Positions 14,351-22,563 of a stretch of DNA of 64,000 nt are shown here, piece after piece. Source of the DNA: Oligoflexia bacterium (GTDB lineage: Bacteria > Bdellovibrionota > UBA1018); contig CAVWVI010000003.1 of NCBI GenBank assembly GCA_963758495.1, forward strand, positions 1,619,875-1,683,874. Direction: 5' to 3'. A program made the position numbers and the translations under genes. The notes under the pieces were generated by a model that did no database searches, had not been told where the DNA came from, and saw only the letters and a list, made by a program, of their open reading frames with translations. Numbering within the stretch: position 1 is the first letter of the stretch; each line of letters begins with the position of its first letter.

Positions 14351-15256
14351 TTAATTCAGCTTTACTGAGACTTCAGCCGAAAGTCCGGTTTGAAGAAGTA
14401 AAACGTCTTCTGGTGTGAGATGAATCAGCTTGATACGAGCTGGGACGCGCTGAACGACCTTAGTGAAGTTCCCTGTAGCGTTATCGGGTGGAAGTAAGCT
14501 AAAAGTTGCTCCCGTGGATGGGCTCAGGCTTTCAACAACACCCTCAAATTTTCGACCCGAGATTGCATCTACTTTAATCGTGGCAGGCTTGCCAGGCTCG
14601 ATCCCCTTCATTTCTGTTTCTTTGAAATTTGCTGTTACCCAGCGTTCGTCTCCGGCCACAAAACCTAAAAGTGGCTGGCCGGCAATTGCCATCATCCCTA
14701 TTTCAAAGGATTTTTTAGCAATTCTTCCGTCTGCAGGTGCTTTGAGTTCTGTATCAGCGAGATTCAATCTTGCCTGTTCGACTTGAGATTCAGCCGATTT
14801 CAGTTTTCCAGCAAGGGATTGATATTGAGCTTCAGTAGAATCAAGTTTCTCTTGAGTCGCTGCTCCTTGCTTAAAAAGTCCCATAGCCCGATAGTAACTC
14901 AACTTAGCTCCTTTGACTTGGGCTGCTAGGGAATTACGATCAGATTCTGCCTGATCTAAAGCATTTTGATATTCATTGGGACGGATTTTCGCAAGAATTT
15001 GTCCGGCTTTGACATTTTGGTTTTCATCTATATTTGCCTGAATGATGATCCCACCCACACGAGGGGAAAGGAAGGTTGCTTTGGCTTCGACCATCGCATT
15101 GTCAGTCGACACATACATAAAGGATTGGTAGCTAAAGTAGCTCACCATAGTGACAGCAAGAACCCCAATGGCACTGATAATGAGTTTTTTTTTGTCTTTT
15201 ATACTGAGAACATGAGAAGTGTCCTCTATTGCTTCTATATTAAGGGTTGAATTCAT
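14351..15256 (-). CDS. emrA: EmrA/HlyD-family periplasmic adaptor
   Basis: STDNA and FSLLPPDNATGNFTKVVQRVP signature. Confidence 0.93.
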   Translation of the reverse strand: MNSTLNIEAIEDTSHVLSIKDKKKLIISAIGVLAVTMVSYFSYQSFMYVSTDNAMVEAKATFLSPRVGGIIIQANIDENQNVKAGQILAKIRPNEYQNALDQAESDRNSLAAQVKGAKLSYYRAMGLFKQGAATQEKLDSTEAQYQSLAGKLKSAESQVEQARLNLADTELKAPADGRIAKKSFEIGMMAIAGQPLLGFVAGDERWVTANFKETEMKGIEPGKPATIKVDAISGRKFEGVVESLSPSTGATFSLLPPDNATGNFTKVVQRVPARIKLIHLTPEDVLLLQTGLSAEVSVKLN

Positions 15257-15260
15257 AGGA

Positions 15261-16586
15261 TTAAATTCTCCTTCCTAAAGTGAGTTCCAAATTAATTAAA
15301 GCTTCTGCTGAATGGATTTGAGAGTTAACAACCCCCGCCTTGGCTTGAAATAAATCGAGTTCTGCATCCAAAACTTCAGTGCTGGTTCGACTCCCTGCCT
15401 TTTCTTCTTCGCGAGCGAGTCGGACACTCTCTTGAGAGCGTTTTACATCAAGCGACTTTGCTTCATAACGGAAAACATTGCTGAGATATCGGCGTTTCCA
15501 AGTATCAAAGTCGTAAGGGGCTTGAAGTTTGATTTCCTCTTCGGTTTTATCAGCTTGAATCTTTTGATAACTGGCTTGTCTTGAGCGAGCGTAGGAAGCG
15601 CCACCATCAAAAAGATTCCATTTTAAGAAGACGCCAAAGTTATAGGCCCCTTGAAATGAATTTGTATCAGAAATTGAAGTATTAAGATTATTATAGAAAT
15701 CATATTCTCCACCGATCGATATTGAGGGGACTAGCCAGGTGGATTGAGCATTTGCAATCTTGTCGGAAGCTTCAGCTCTGAGTGCGAGCGCTTTTAAGTC
15801 GGTGCGGCTCGAAAGGTTAGGGTCAAACTGAAGATCTTGGACGAGTGTTGTTTGGGGAACCGGAAGCGAGCCATCCAAGACACGATCATCTGTTTTCTCT
15901 AAACCTAATAGCAACGTGAGTTTGCGGCGAGTAATCTCCACATTATCTTTAGCGTCAAGCAGGTCGGAACGAGCTGCGTTGAGTTGAACCTGAACGCGAA
16001 GAACATCATAGTTGGTTGCTGCTCCTCCATGCTTTAAGATCTCCGCTTGCGTCAAATGATCTTCGAGAGTTTTTACGTTTTGCTGATAAACTTCTTCAAT
16101 GAGTTTAGCGCCCAAAGCTTGGTAGAAGGCTGATTTAATATTTTGTTCGAGTTGAAATTCCGATCGAGAGAGTTCGTTCTTTGAAGCTTCCTCTGTAAGG
16201 GAAGCCGATTGCAGACGATATACATTCGCAAGGCCGTCAAAGATAGGAATCATGACATTGAATGAAAGTAGAGTGGTTGGGTAGATCGAAGGAAAACTAA
16301 CGGTTTGGCCTTCGAGAGGGACGGTAATCACTTGATACTTTGTATCGAAAAAATAATTCGCGTTGGCTGATAACTTGGGGAGAAAGCCTGTACCTAATGT
16401 TTCCGTCTTTTTCCAATAGCTTTCATCGAAGGCGGCTCTAACCCTTTGGATAGTGGGTGATTTTTCCTGACCTTCAGCGATTGCTTGCTCTAAATGCAAT
16501 AAGCCAGAATCTCCTGCAAAAACGGGAGGGGAAAGTAAGAGAGCCACGCTACCCGTGGAGATCATGAATAGGATTAGAAGCTTCAT
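15261..16586 (-). CDS. TolC-family outer-membrane efflux channel
   Basis: Signal peptide, two OEP repeats (IPIFDG, WNLFDGG, EVLDAE); first gene of the operon with emrAB. Confidence 0.9.
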   Translation of the reverse strand: MKLLILFMISTGSVALLLSPPVFAGDSGLLHLEQAIAEGQEKSPTIQRVRAAFDESYWKKTETLGTGFLPKLSANANYFFDTKYQVITVPLEGQTVSFPSIYPTTLLSFNVMIPIFDGLANVYRLQSASLTEEASKNELSRSEFQLEQNIKSAFYQALGAKLIEEVYQQNVKTLEDHLTQAEILKHGGAATNYDVLRVQVQLNAARSDLLDAKDNVEITRRKLTLLLGLEKTDDRVLDGSLPVPQTTLVQDLQFDPNLSSRTDLKALALRAEASDKIANAQSTWLVPSISIGGEYDFYNNLNTSISDTNSFQGAYNFGVFLKWNLFDGGASYARSRQASYQKIQADKTEEEIKLQAPYDFDTWKRRYLSNVFRYEAKSLDVKRSQESVRLAREEEKAGSRTSTEVLDAELDLFQAKAGVVNSQIHSAEALINLELTLGRRI

Positions 16587-16606
16587 AGAGGACCTCTGCT
16601 AAATAT

Positions 16607-16691
16607 TTAATTAATCGAGCAATTAACTAATATCAGTATCGGGCGATTTTAGGAAAGAATCAAGGAAATAATTAATTAACTGATTAATTAA
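16607..16691. promoter_or_regulatory. Pair of palindromic operator-like sites for the TetR regulator
   Basis: TTAATTAATCGAGCAATTAACTA (16607-16629) and TAATTAATTAACTGATTAATTAA (16669-16691) are inverted copies (18/23 identical), each self-palindromic, between divergent tolC and tetR. Confidence 0.6.
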
Positions 16692-16761
16692 CAAAAAACA
16701 AAGAATTTGCTAGATTAGAATTTAGAAGTCATAAGTAGGATTCTTTAGGAGGTTTTTTATA

Positions 16762-17376
16762 ATGACTATTCCGACAAAATTGAAGGTAAAAACTAGAAAT
16801 CGTGAAAGATCGATTAAAAAATTACTTCAAGCTGGAACCGAGATTTTTTCGAAGTACGGTTATGATGGCGCGACAACTAAAATGATTGCCAAACGCGCTG
16901 GAATGAATGAAGGGCTCATCAATCATTACTTCAAAGGCAAACCCGGTCTGCTCCTGGCGATTATTCTTGAGTTCATTAAAAGAAAAATTGAGCAAGCCGA
17001 TACATCCCCTGTCTGTGAAACGGTAGAGGAAGAGATTCGTACCTATCTTCAAATGCGCATCAAAACTCATTTAGAGGAGCTGGATTTTTTTAGAATCGCA
17101 GTCGCTAGAGCGGCGATTGATCCAAAGATCAGTGTTGAGATCCAAAAACACATCCCTCTTTTTAGTAACCCTGTATTGCTTAAAAGGCTTCAGGCTCTTC
17201 AGGAAAGAGGGAAAATTAGAGAAGGTTTGGATTTGGAAGTCCTCGCCATCAATATCCAAACACAATCCATGGGATTTCTTTTTATGATACAAACTTTCCG
17301 CAATATCGATTGCACACCCTTGAATGAAGCCATCCAGCAATTTGCGAAACTCATCGCACAAGCTGTTGTGGAATAA
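16762..17376 (+). CDS. TetR/AcrR family transcriptional regulator
   Basis: FSKYGYDGATTKMIAKRAGMNEGLINHYFKGK HTH; divergent from the efflux operon. Confidence 0.93.
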   Translation: MTIPTKLKVKTRNRERSIKKLLQAGTEIFSKYGYDGATTKMIAKRAGMNEGLINHYFKGKPGLLLAIILEFIKRKIEQADTSPVCETVEEEIRTYLQMRIKTHLEELDFFRIAVARAAIDPKISVEIQKHIPLFSNPVLLKRLQALQERGKIREGLDLEVLAINIQTQSMGFLFMIQTFRNIDCTPLNEAIQQFAKLIAQAVVE

Positions 17377-17503
17377 ATTTCCGTTATTTAAGTTTTTGCG
17401 TGAATGAAATGATGAATTCTACGAGCTTTTTACCATTCAGTGCGAAATTCTCCTGGGTTTCCGTCAGGAAGACCTCCAAAAATCATATTGGGACTGATAT
17501 GAG

Positions 17504-17809
17504 GTGAAACCCTCAGAGAGGGATAGACATAGTTATCGTAGGTCAAATGGGATTGAAAATATCCAGCTTGTTCCTACCAATCCTCTGGAAGTCCGAGAGT
17601 GTCCACGGCAGAATTTCGTCGAGCTTTTCTATCAGGCGAAAGCACATCCTGCAGAAAAAATTCATGATCTCACATTCCGCCATTACCAGCGCCTCGAATC
17701 CGGTGAGGAGAACCCCACTTTAAGCACAGTTGAAAGACTAATGGCAGCCTTCCCTGATACGGACTTTTCCCTGATTCTAAAGCAGCCGTATAAAGTACGA
17801 GTGGCGTAA
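17504..17809 (+). pseudogene. XRE-type HTH protein fragment
   Basis: Only the last ~45 aa (TFRHYQRLESGEENPTLSTVERL) look like an XRE HTH; N-terminal half is not protein-like; lies next to the island att site. Confidence 0.45.
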
Positions 17810-17994
17810 AAAATGAAGGACGTGTTCTGCTAACGCTTTCTTGAAGGCTTTCCCAAAGTTACGGTCCATTTAGAATGTATTGTTAAATAGTACGATTGTA
17901 CTCTATAAAAGTACATATTTATACTGGAGTACCGGAAGCACGTGACAAACCTGATTGGAATTAATTTTAAAACTTCAACAATCATCATTATATA

Positions 17995-18056
17995 TGGTGG
18001 AGAGAGAGGGATTTGAACCCTCGTTAGGGTTTCCCCTAAACACACTTTCGAAGCGT
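17995..18056 (-). repeat. att site: duplicated 3' 62 bp of tRNA-Ser(CGA)
   Basis: 60/62 identical direct repeat of 22564-22625 (differences tggTgg/tggCgg and cacAct/cacGct); ends just past the anticodon loop. Confidence 0.93.
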
Positions 18057-18170
18057 AATTATCAATTTAAAATAGATCATAAATTTATATCTTTATAAAT
18101 AATAACAAGAGGTTAAATTATGGCTCATTGCGTCTTATTTTGATGGATTGAGATGATTTTTGACCTGTCT

Positions 18171-18191
18171 GGGACACTTTTAGGGACACTT
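18171..18191 (+). repeat. Tandem GGGACACTT motifs, candidate integrase arm-type sites
   Basis: GGGACACTTT-TAGGGACACTT at 18171-18191; TTAGGGACACTTTT recurs at 22476-22489 near the other att end. Confidence 0.6.
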
Positions 18192-18234
18192 GCAGTGCTG
18201 GTGGACTTCCGACAAGATGGCGGCTGACTTGAGG

Positions 18235-18263
18235 TTGACTTATCGGATATGATAGGTTATCTT
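18235..18263 (+). promoter_or_regulatory. Sigma70-type promoter of the TA operon
   Basis: TTGACT-17 bp-TATCTT ending 10 bp before the ATG at 18274; imperfect TATC..ATA.GATA palindrome in the spacer. Confidence 0.55.
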
Positions 18264-18273
18264 TATTGATAAG

Positions 18274-18591
18274 ATGACTCATCAGAAGACCTGGATTATA
18301 GACATGGCGCCTGAAGCTATAGCTGAATGGAATGGTAATGCTTTATCAGAAGATGACCGAATTATTATCAATACATGGGCTAAGACAGTGAGAGAATACG
18401 GTCCAGACGAGCTTCAAAGGCATTCAGGTTTATGGAATGATCATCCGCTCACTGGATTTTGGGATGGATGCCGAGCTTCGAATTTTTCGAATAGTGGTCG
18501 GATCATTTACTACCGTTTTGATCAGTTGGGTCGAGTTCAGATTTTGAGGATTACGATTGATCATGATTATACGAAGGAGGGTAAAAAATGA
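18274..18591 (+). CDS. RelE/HigB-like type II toxin
   Basis: 105 aa, WNDHPLTG.W.G.R.S......RIIY...I.IDHDY; toxin-first, ATGA overlap with HTH gene. Confidence 0.75.
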   Translation: MTHQKTWIIDMAPEAIAEWNGNALSEDDRIIINTWAKTVREYGPDELQRHSGLWNDHPLTGFWDGCRASNFSNSGRIIYYRFDQLGRVQILRITIDHDYTKEGKK

Positions 18592-18896
18592 CTGATTTTT
18601 TTAGTTTACCGCAGCCAAAACTAACACCTGGCAAAGTTGTGAGGGCATTCCGAAAAAACTTTGGTTTTACCCTTGAGGAAATCGACAGGCTGACTCATGC
18701 AGGTACAACAAACCTGAGTGCTATTGAAAACGATAACCGACCCCTTGGCTTAGATCTAGCGGTTCGGTTAGCAGCCGTATTTGGGATCAATCCTGGGTTG
18801 ATCTTGTTCCCTGAAGGAATTGAAATCTTAGACCGCCCCGAACTTCAACAGATTCATGACAATGCAATAACACTTCGAAAGCAGAAGTGCGGGTAG
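18588..18896 (+). CDS. HigA-like XRE HTH antitoxin
   Basis: TPGKVVRAFRKNFGFTLEE...LSAIENDNRPLGLDLAVRLAAVF. Confidence 0.8.
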   Translation: MTDFFSLPQPKLTPGKVVRAFRKNFGFTLEEIDRLTHAGTTNLSAIENDNRPLGLDLAVRLAAVFGINPGLILFPEGIEILDRPELQQIHDNAITLRKQKCG

Positions 18897-19118
18897 TCTA
18901 TTTTCAATATTTTTAGTTTAGGAAAATTTTAGATGATTACCATCTCTACGACGGTTCACTTTGTTTAGCTTAAAATCTTTGAAAATGAACTTTGTCTTTA
19001 ATATAAGTATAATTAAATGTAAAAGTTATAGCTTAGATTTTTTAAATAATTATTTCAATTATATATAATATAGTATAGTTTCATCGTCCTCCCTAATCAT
19101 TAAAAATGAGGATGAGTC

Positions 19119-19727
19119 ATGAAATTATGGGTTAGATTAGTTACGATAATATTATTTAATACATTTTCCTTAAACGCTTTCGCAGTTTGTGAGAGCGAGC
19201 GAAATGAGTATAACCATTTTAACGATCTTTGTAACAAGCTCACCGCGGCTTCTCAAGTTGCGATGGTAAGCGGTGGAATCTTTGGAACTATCTTTGCGAT
19301 TCCTACATTAGGACTAAGCCTTGCAGCGGGTGGACTTGCTGGAGCTGGACCTGGTTTTGCTGCAACAAATGCATGCAGGATTCGGGATGAGAAAAAATCG
19401 AACTTAGACCGTTGTGAGGCGAATGCAACTGAAGCACACCAGAGGACTGAAGAAGTCCAGCGGGCTGAAGTTGAAAGACAAAGACAACGAGGAATTAGAA
19501 TTATCCAAGTCAATCAAATTTACAACACACAACGTACTCAAGCTGAAGTTGATTTCCAAACCGCTGTCGATCGAATGATCCAAGAAATGGTGGATGAGGG
19601 CTTTGATGTTAATCTGCCTGAAACACAAGAAGTCATCAGACGATCACGCGAAGACTTACGATCAGCGCTCAATCAACGCCTAGAGCAAATTGAGCAGCAA
19701 CGCAGGCAAGAATTAAGTCAAATCTAA
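19119..19727 (+). CDS. Secreted protein with Cys-flanked Gly/Ala hydrophobic hairpin and C-terminal coiled coil; toxin-locus partner
   Basis: Signal peptide ending NAFA, Cys24/38/86/99, hydrophobic aa ~43-83, Q/E/R-rich helical tail; GAGG RBS. Confidence 0.7.
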   Translation: MKLWVRLVTIILFNTFSLNAFAVCESERNEYNHFNDLCNKLTAASQVAMVSGGIFGTIFAIPTLGLSLAAGGLAGAGPGFAATNACRIRDEKKSNLDRCEANATEAHQRTEEVQRAEVERQRQRGIRIIQVNQIYNTQRTQAEVDFQTAVDRMIQEMVDEGFDVNLPETQEVIRRSREDLRSALNQRLEQIEQQRRQELSQI

Positions 19728-19747
19728 ATTAAATAATGGTAACCTAG

Positions 19748-21151
19748 ATGAAAACCTTAAAATTTTCAGTGTTGAGTCTTACTCTAATCACTTTATTTAC
19801 AGGATCGGTGCTTGCTGGGAATGATCCACCACCAATGCCCACAGGGCAAGTGACAACGACAGTCGGGGGCAATCCTCCTAATTGTCCTCCACTTTCCAAT
19901 GGTCATGTTTTTAACTCGGTAACTTCGGATATTGGAAAACTTTTTGGTAGTGGTCCTGATGCTGTCATTCAATCCTCGAATCAGAGGCAAGAACACATTT
20001 TCACCATGGCAAACCATAATGGTCAGGTGCAAGAATGGATTACTCAGGAGAGCCAGCGCGTTGATGCTCTAAGAAGTTGCAACCTTACTCCTGAACTCTC
20101 ACAACAAACTCGAGATCTTGAAAATAAACCAGTAGACCAATTGGTACAAGGAAAAGCTAAACCCAAAGGAACGATAGATGTAAGCCAAATTCCAAATCCG
20201 GATGAGTCCTCTCTTCCTTATCAATTCCAATCTCCTGTAGGAGCATTTAGGGATGAAATGGTCCAACTTTATAAAGATCTTTATAAAGTCCAACCGCAGT
20301 TTGGAAAACAACAAAAAACTAGAGAATTAGGGCTCATTGCTACGGAAGAAGCTGATAGGTCTTATTCACTAGGTAATGCTAATGACGCCAATTTCTACAA
20401 AGAACTTGGAAAAGAGTTTTTGGATATTACAGTGGGGCTCGATCCAGTTACTGGGTTTGGAAGATCTGCTTATGAGCTTTTTTATGGAAGAAACTTAATT
20501 ACAGGAATGAAGCTCAATTCAGTTGAACGAAGCTTTGCATTCTTGGGTGTGGCAACAGCAGGTGGAAGTAGATTTCTACATCAAGCGGGCCGTGGTATGT
20601 GGCGTATTTATCAGCGTGCTTCACATTTGCTTCAAGAAAGGCAAGCGATTGAATCTGCGATTCGCGAAGGTGAAGTTCTTATTGGACGCGCAGGTCATTT
20701 GCTTAATAGTTGGAAGAAAAATCATCAGATTATAAGTATTACTTCAGCAATAGAAGCAAATGCACCACATATTTCGAGAGGCCATAATCCCCCTTATCAA
20801 CATGAGTCTTTTGTAGTTCATTTCAAAACCATTCGTGAGAGTCATTGGGTAAGAGTACATACAGACGGAAATCAACCTGGTAACTGGGTTCTAAGAGCAA
20901 GTGAAATTAGAGGATTAACACCTGCTCAAATTGCAGAGAAATTCGCCTTACCTCAGATTCCAATGTACGTTTCAGATGTTTATCTCCCATCAAATACTCT
21001 CATGTCTCGTGGAAATGTACAGGCGCACCCGTTTGGTCGTGCGATAGAAGGCAGATCAGGCTCAATTCAATATAGAATTGAACAAACTATGAATCCAGAA
21101 GAGTTTGTGGGACTATTTTCAAATCCAAGACCTTTACCGGAGGTATTTTAA
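19748..21151 (+). CDS. Sec-secreted polymorphic toxin with pre-toxin TG (PT-TG) domain and variable C-terminal toxin domain
   Basis: Signal peptide ending VLA; DITVGLDPVTGFGRSAYELFYGRNLITGMKLNSVERSFAFLG PT-TG pattern (aa ~222-273); C-terminus VRVH..GNW..GLTPAQIAEKFALP..SDVYLP..G..IQY as in Rhs/CdiA-type tips; small gene follows immediately. Confidence 0.78.
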   Translation: MKTLKFSVLSLTLITLFTGSVLAGNDPPPMPTGQVTTTVGGNPPNCPPLSNGHVFNSVTSDIGKLFGSGPDAVIQSSNQRQEHIFTMANHNGQVQEWITQESQRVDALRSCNLTPELSQQTRDLENKPVDQLVQGKAKPKGTIDVSQIPNPDESSLPYQFQSPVGAFRDEMVQLYKDLYKVQPQFGKQQKTRELGLIATEEADRSYSLGNANDANFYKELGKEFLDITVGLDPVTGFGRSAYELFYGRNLITGMKLNSVERSFAFLGVATAGGSRFLHQAGRGMWRIYQRASHLLQERQAIESAIREGEVLIGRAGHLLNSWKKNHQIISITSAIEANAPHISRGHNPPYQHESFVVHFKTIRESHWVRVHTDGNQPGNWVLRASEIRGLTPAQIAEKFALPQIPMYVSDVYLPSNTLMSRGNVQAHPFGRAIEGRSGSIQYRIEQTMNPEEFVGLFSNPRPLPEVF

Positions 21152-21400
21152 ATGCAATTTTATAAAACGCTTGCTTTATCTGATGGAACCTTAGTACTTG
21201 AAAAACCATATGCGCAATTCATTTATAAAATTAATCCTACTGGTAAAAAACAGTGGGAGTTAAAGGCAAATCAAGAGGACCAGGGATTTACTAACATCTA
21301 TTCAAATGAAAAAGGGCTCTTTGCATTTACGTGGGGATGTACTGAATACATGCTAGATCCTACCACAGGAAAAGTCCTAAAGGAAACTTTCACCAAATAA
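21152..21400 (+). CDS. Cognate immunity protein (small beta-rich, LDPTTGKVLKETFTK C-terminus)
   Basis: Starts 1 nt after the toxin stop with GGAGG RBS inside the toxin end; paralogous to 22086-22337. Confidence 0.72.
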   Translation: MQFYKTLALSDGTLVLEKPYAQFIYKINPTGKKQWELKANQEDQGFTNIYSNEKGLFAFTWGCTEYMLDPTTGKVLKETFTK

Positions 21401-21401
21401 A

Positions 21402-21640
21402 CTCGACCTTACGGCAGTATAAATTCGAGACGAATTAAATTCACTAGAAACACCTGCCCATTTTTCCGACATATAGTTCGACCTAGTACCAAAATGAGTC
21501 GTGGAATGTCATTTTATAATGAATGGGATTGGCATGGAATGGGTAAAAGAATAGAGGGACAAGTTCAATATAGAGTGGAAGGAGTGGTAGATGCATCTTG
21601 GTTTAAAAATATGAGGGAAATTGGAGAGAGATTTTTATGA
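21402..21640 (+). pseudogene. Orphan toxin C-terminal fragment 1 (one stop, one frameshift)
   Basis: Manual translation DLTAV*IRDELNSLETPAHFSDI/VRPSTKMSRGMSFYNEWDWHGMGKRIEGQVQYRVEGVVDASWFKNMREIGERFL* aligns with toxin GLTPAQIAEKFALPQIPMYVSDVYLPSNTLMSRG...IQYRIE...FSNPR. Confidence 0.8.
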
Positions 21641-21939
21641 GTCAAGATTTTTTCCAGCCATCCAAGAGAAATATTTTTGGTCCTGTTGATGACATTATTT
21701 TTTGGTTTGCCCAAAAACATGGTTGCAATGTTAATATGGACTATAAAGGTGAAGACATTCGGCTTATCGTGTTTCCTAATGGGAATAAGCTACTCATAAA
21801 AAGTCCGGATAATGACGAGGCTGTAACTACTATTGTAAAAATCTACTCTGCACGTGATGGTATGTGGTTAAGCTTTAGCTCGGGTCGACAAAAACTTTAT
21901 CAGCTTCTAGAGGACCTTTATCAGAAGCATGCATTATAA
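21637..21939 (+). CDS. Orphan immunity protein candidate (unrelated to the other two)
   Basis: 100 aa intact ORF, ATGA-coupled to the end of orphan toxin fragment 1. Confidence 0.65.
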   Translation: MSQDFFQPSKRNIFGPVDDIIFWFAQKHGCNVNMDYKGEDIRLIVFPNGNKLLIKSPDNDEAVTTIVKIYSARDGMWLSFSSGRQKLYQLLEDLYQKHAL

Positions 21940-21969
21940 AAATACACTAAGTTACTAGATAAGTTTTAT

Positions 21970-22089
21970 GGAAATGTGAAGGTTGTGCATCAGAATAAAT
22001 AGTGGTGCGTTCAATACTTCATTGACATAGATCGTATTCCAGGGGAATGGTTTTCGAATTTAAGAACATTGTCGGAGGTATTTAAATGA
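21970..22089 (+). pseudogene. Orphan toxin C-terminal fragment 2
   Basis: GNVKVVHQNK*WCVQYFIDIDRIPGEWFSNLRTLSEVFK* vs toxin GNVQ...IQYRIE...LFSNPRPLPEVF*; CGGAGGTATTT(T)AAATG junction repeated from ~21138-21154. Confidence 0.75.
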
Positions 22090-22337
22090 GCCCAACAGAA
22101 ATAAAGCTTTCAAATGGAAATAAAATTCTTTTAGATTCGTCTTTTATATATGTCTATATGCTGGATGAAGCCGGTAATAAAGTATGGGAAACTAAATGTA
22201 ACGACATTGAATTTGAACGTAGTTTTACGAATCCCTATCTAGAAAAAGGTCATTTATGGGTAGGAACAACTATCGGTGTTGAGTATCAATTAGATATAAG
22301 CACGGGGGCAATCCTTAAAAAAATATATAGAAAATAA
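22086..22337 (+). CDS. Orphan immunity protein, paralogue of 21152-21400
   Basis: LS.G...L......Y.....G.K.WE.K.N.....FTN.Y......EY.LD..TG..LK....K shared with the cognate immunity protein. Confidence 0.75.
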   Translation: MSPTEIKLSNGNKILLDSSFIYVYMLDEAGNKVWETKCNDIEFERSFTNPYLEKGHLWVGTTIGVEYQLDISTGAILKKIYRK

Positions 22338-22359
22338 CCTGGTCTAAGTGGGGGAGTAA

Positions 22360-22479
22360 AACGTCACTCAACGTTATATGCACAGGACCGATGGCCGTTT
22401 GAATTTAATCGCGGAAAGGCTCGGCGGCAAATACCAAACACTTGCTGAAGTCTCAAAACCTCAACTGGTAAATAGTTAG
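22360..22479 (+). pseudogene. Tyrosine recombinase (integrase) C-terminal remnant
   Basis: NVTQRYMHRTDGRLNLIAERLGGKYQTLAEVSKPQLVNS* contains the T.RY.H catalytic-Tyr box; no start codon (TAA precedes it); ends ~85 bp from the tRNA 3' end. Confidence 0.6.
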
Positions 22480-22563
22480 GGACACTTTTCAAAATTAAGT
22501 GCAGAAATCTGAATTTGAATGAAGAATTTATGAATTGTTATCTATTTGAAATTACAGTGAAAG

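Noticed and set aside
17830..18045. 71-aa minus-strand ORF
   Set aside because: Starts inside the duplicated tRNA fragment and has no protein-like features
17995..18056. Second functional tRNA-Ser gene
   Set aside because: Lacks the 5' acceptor strand and D-arm; it is an att duplication
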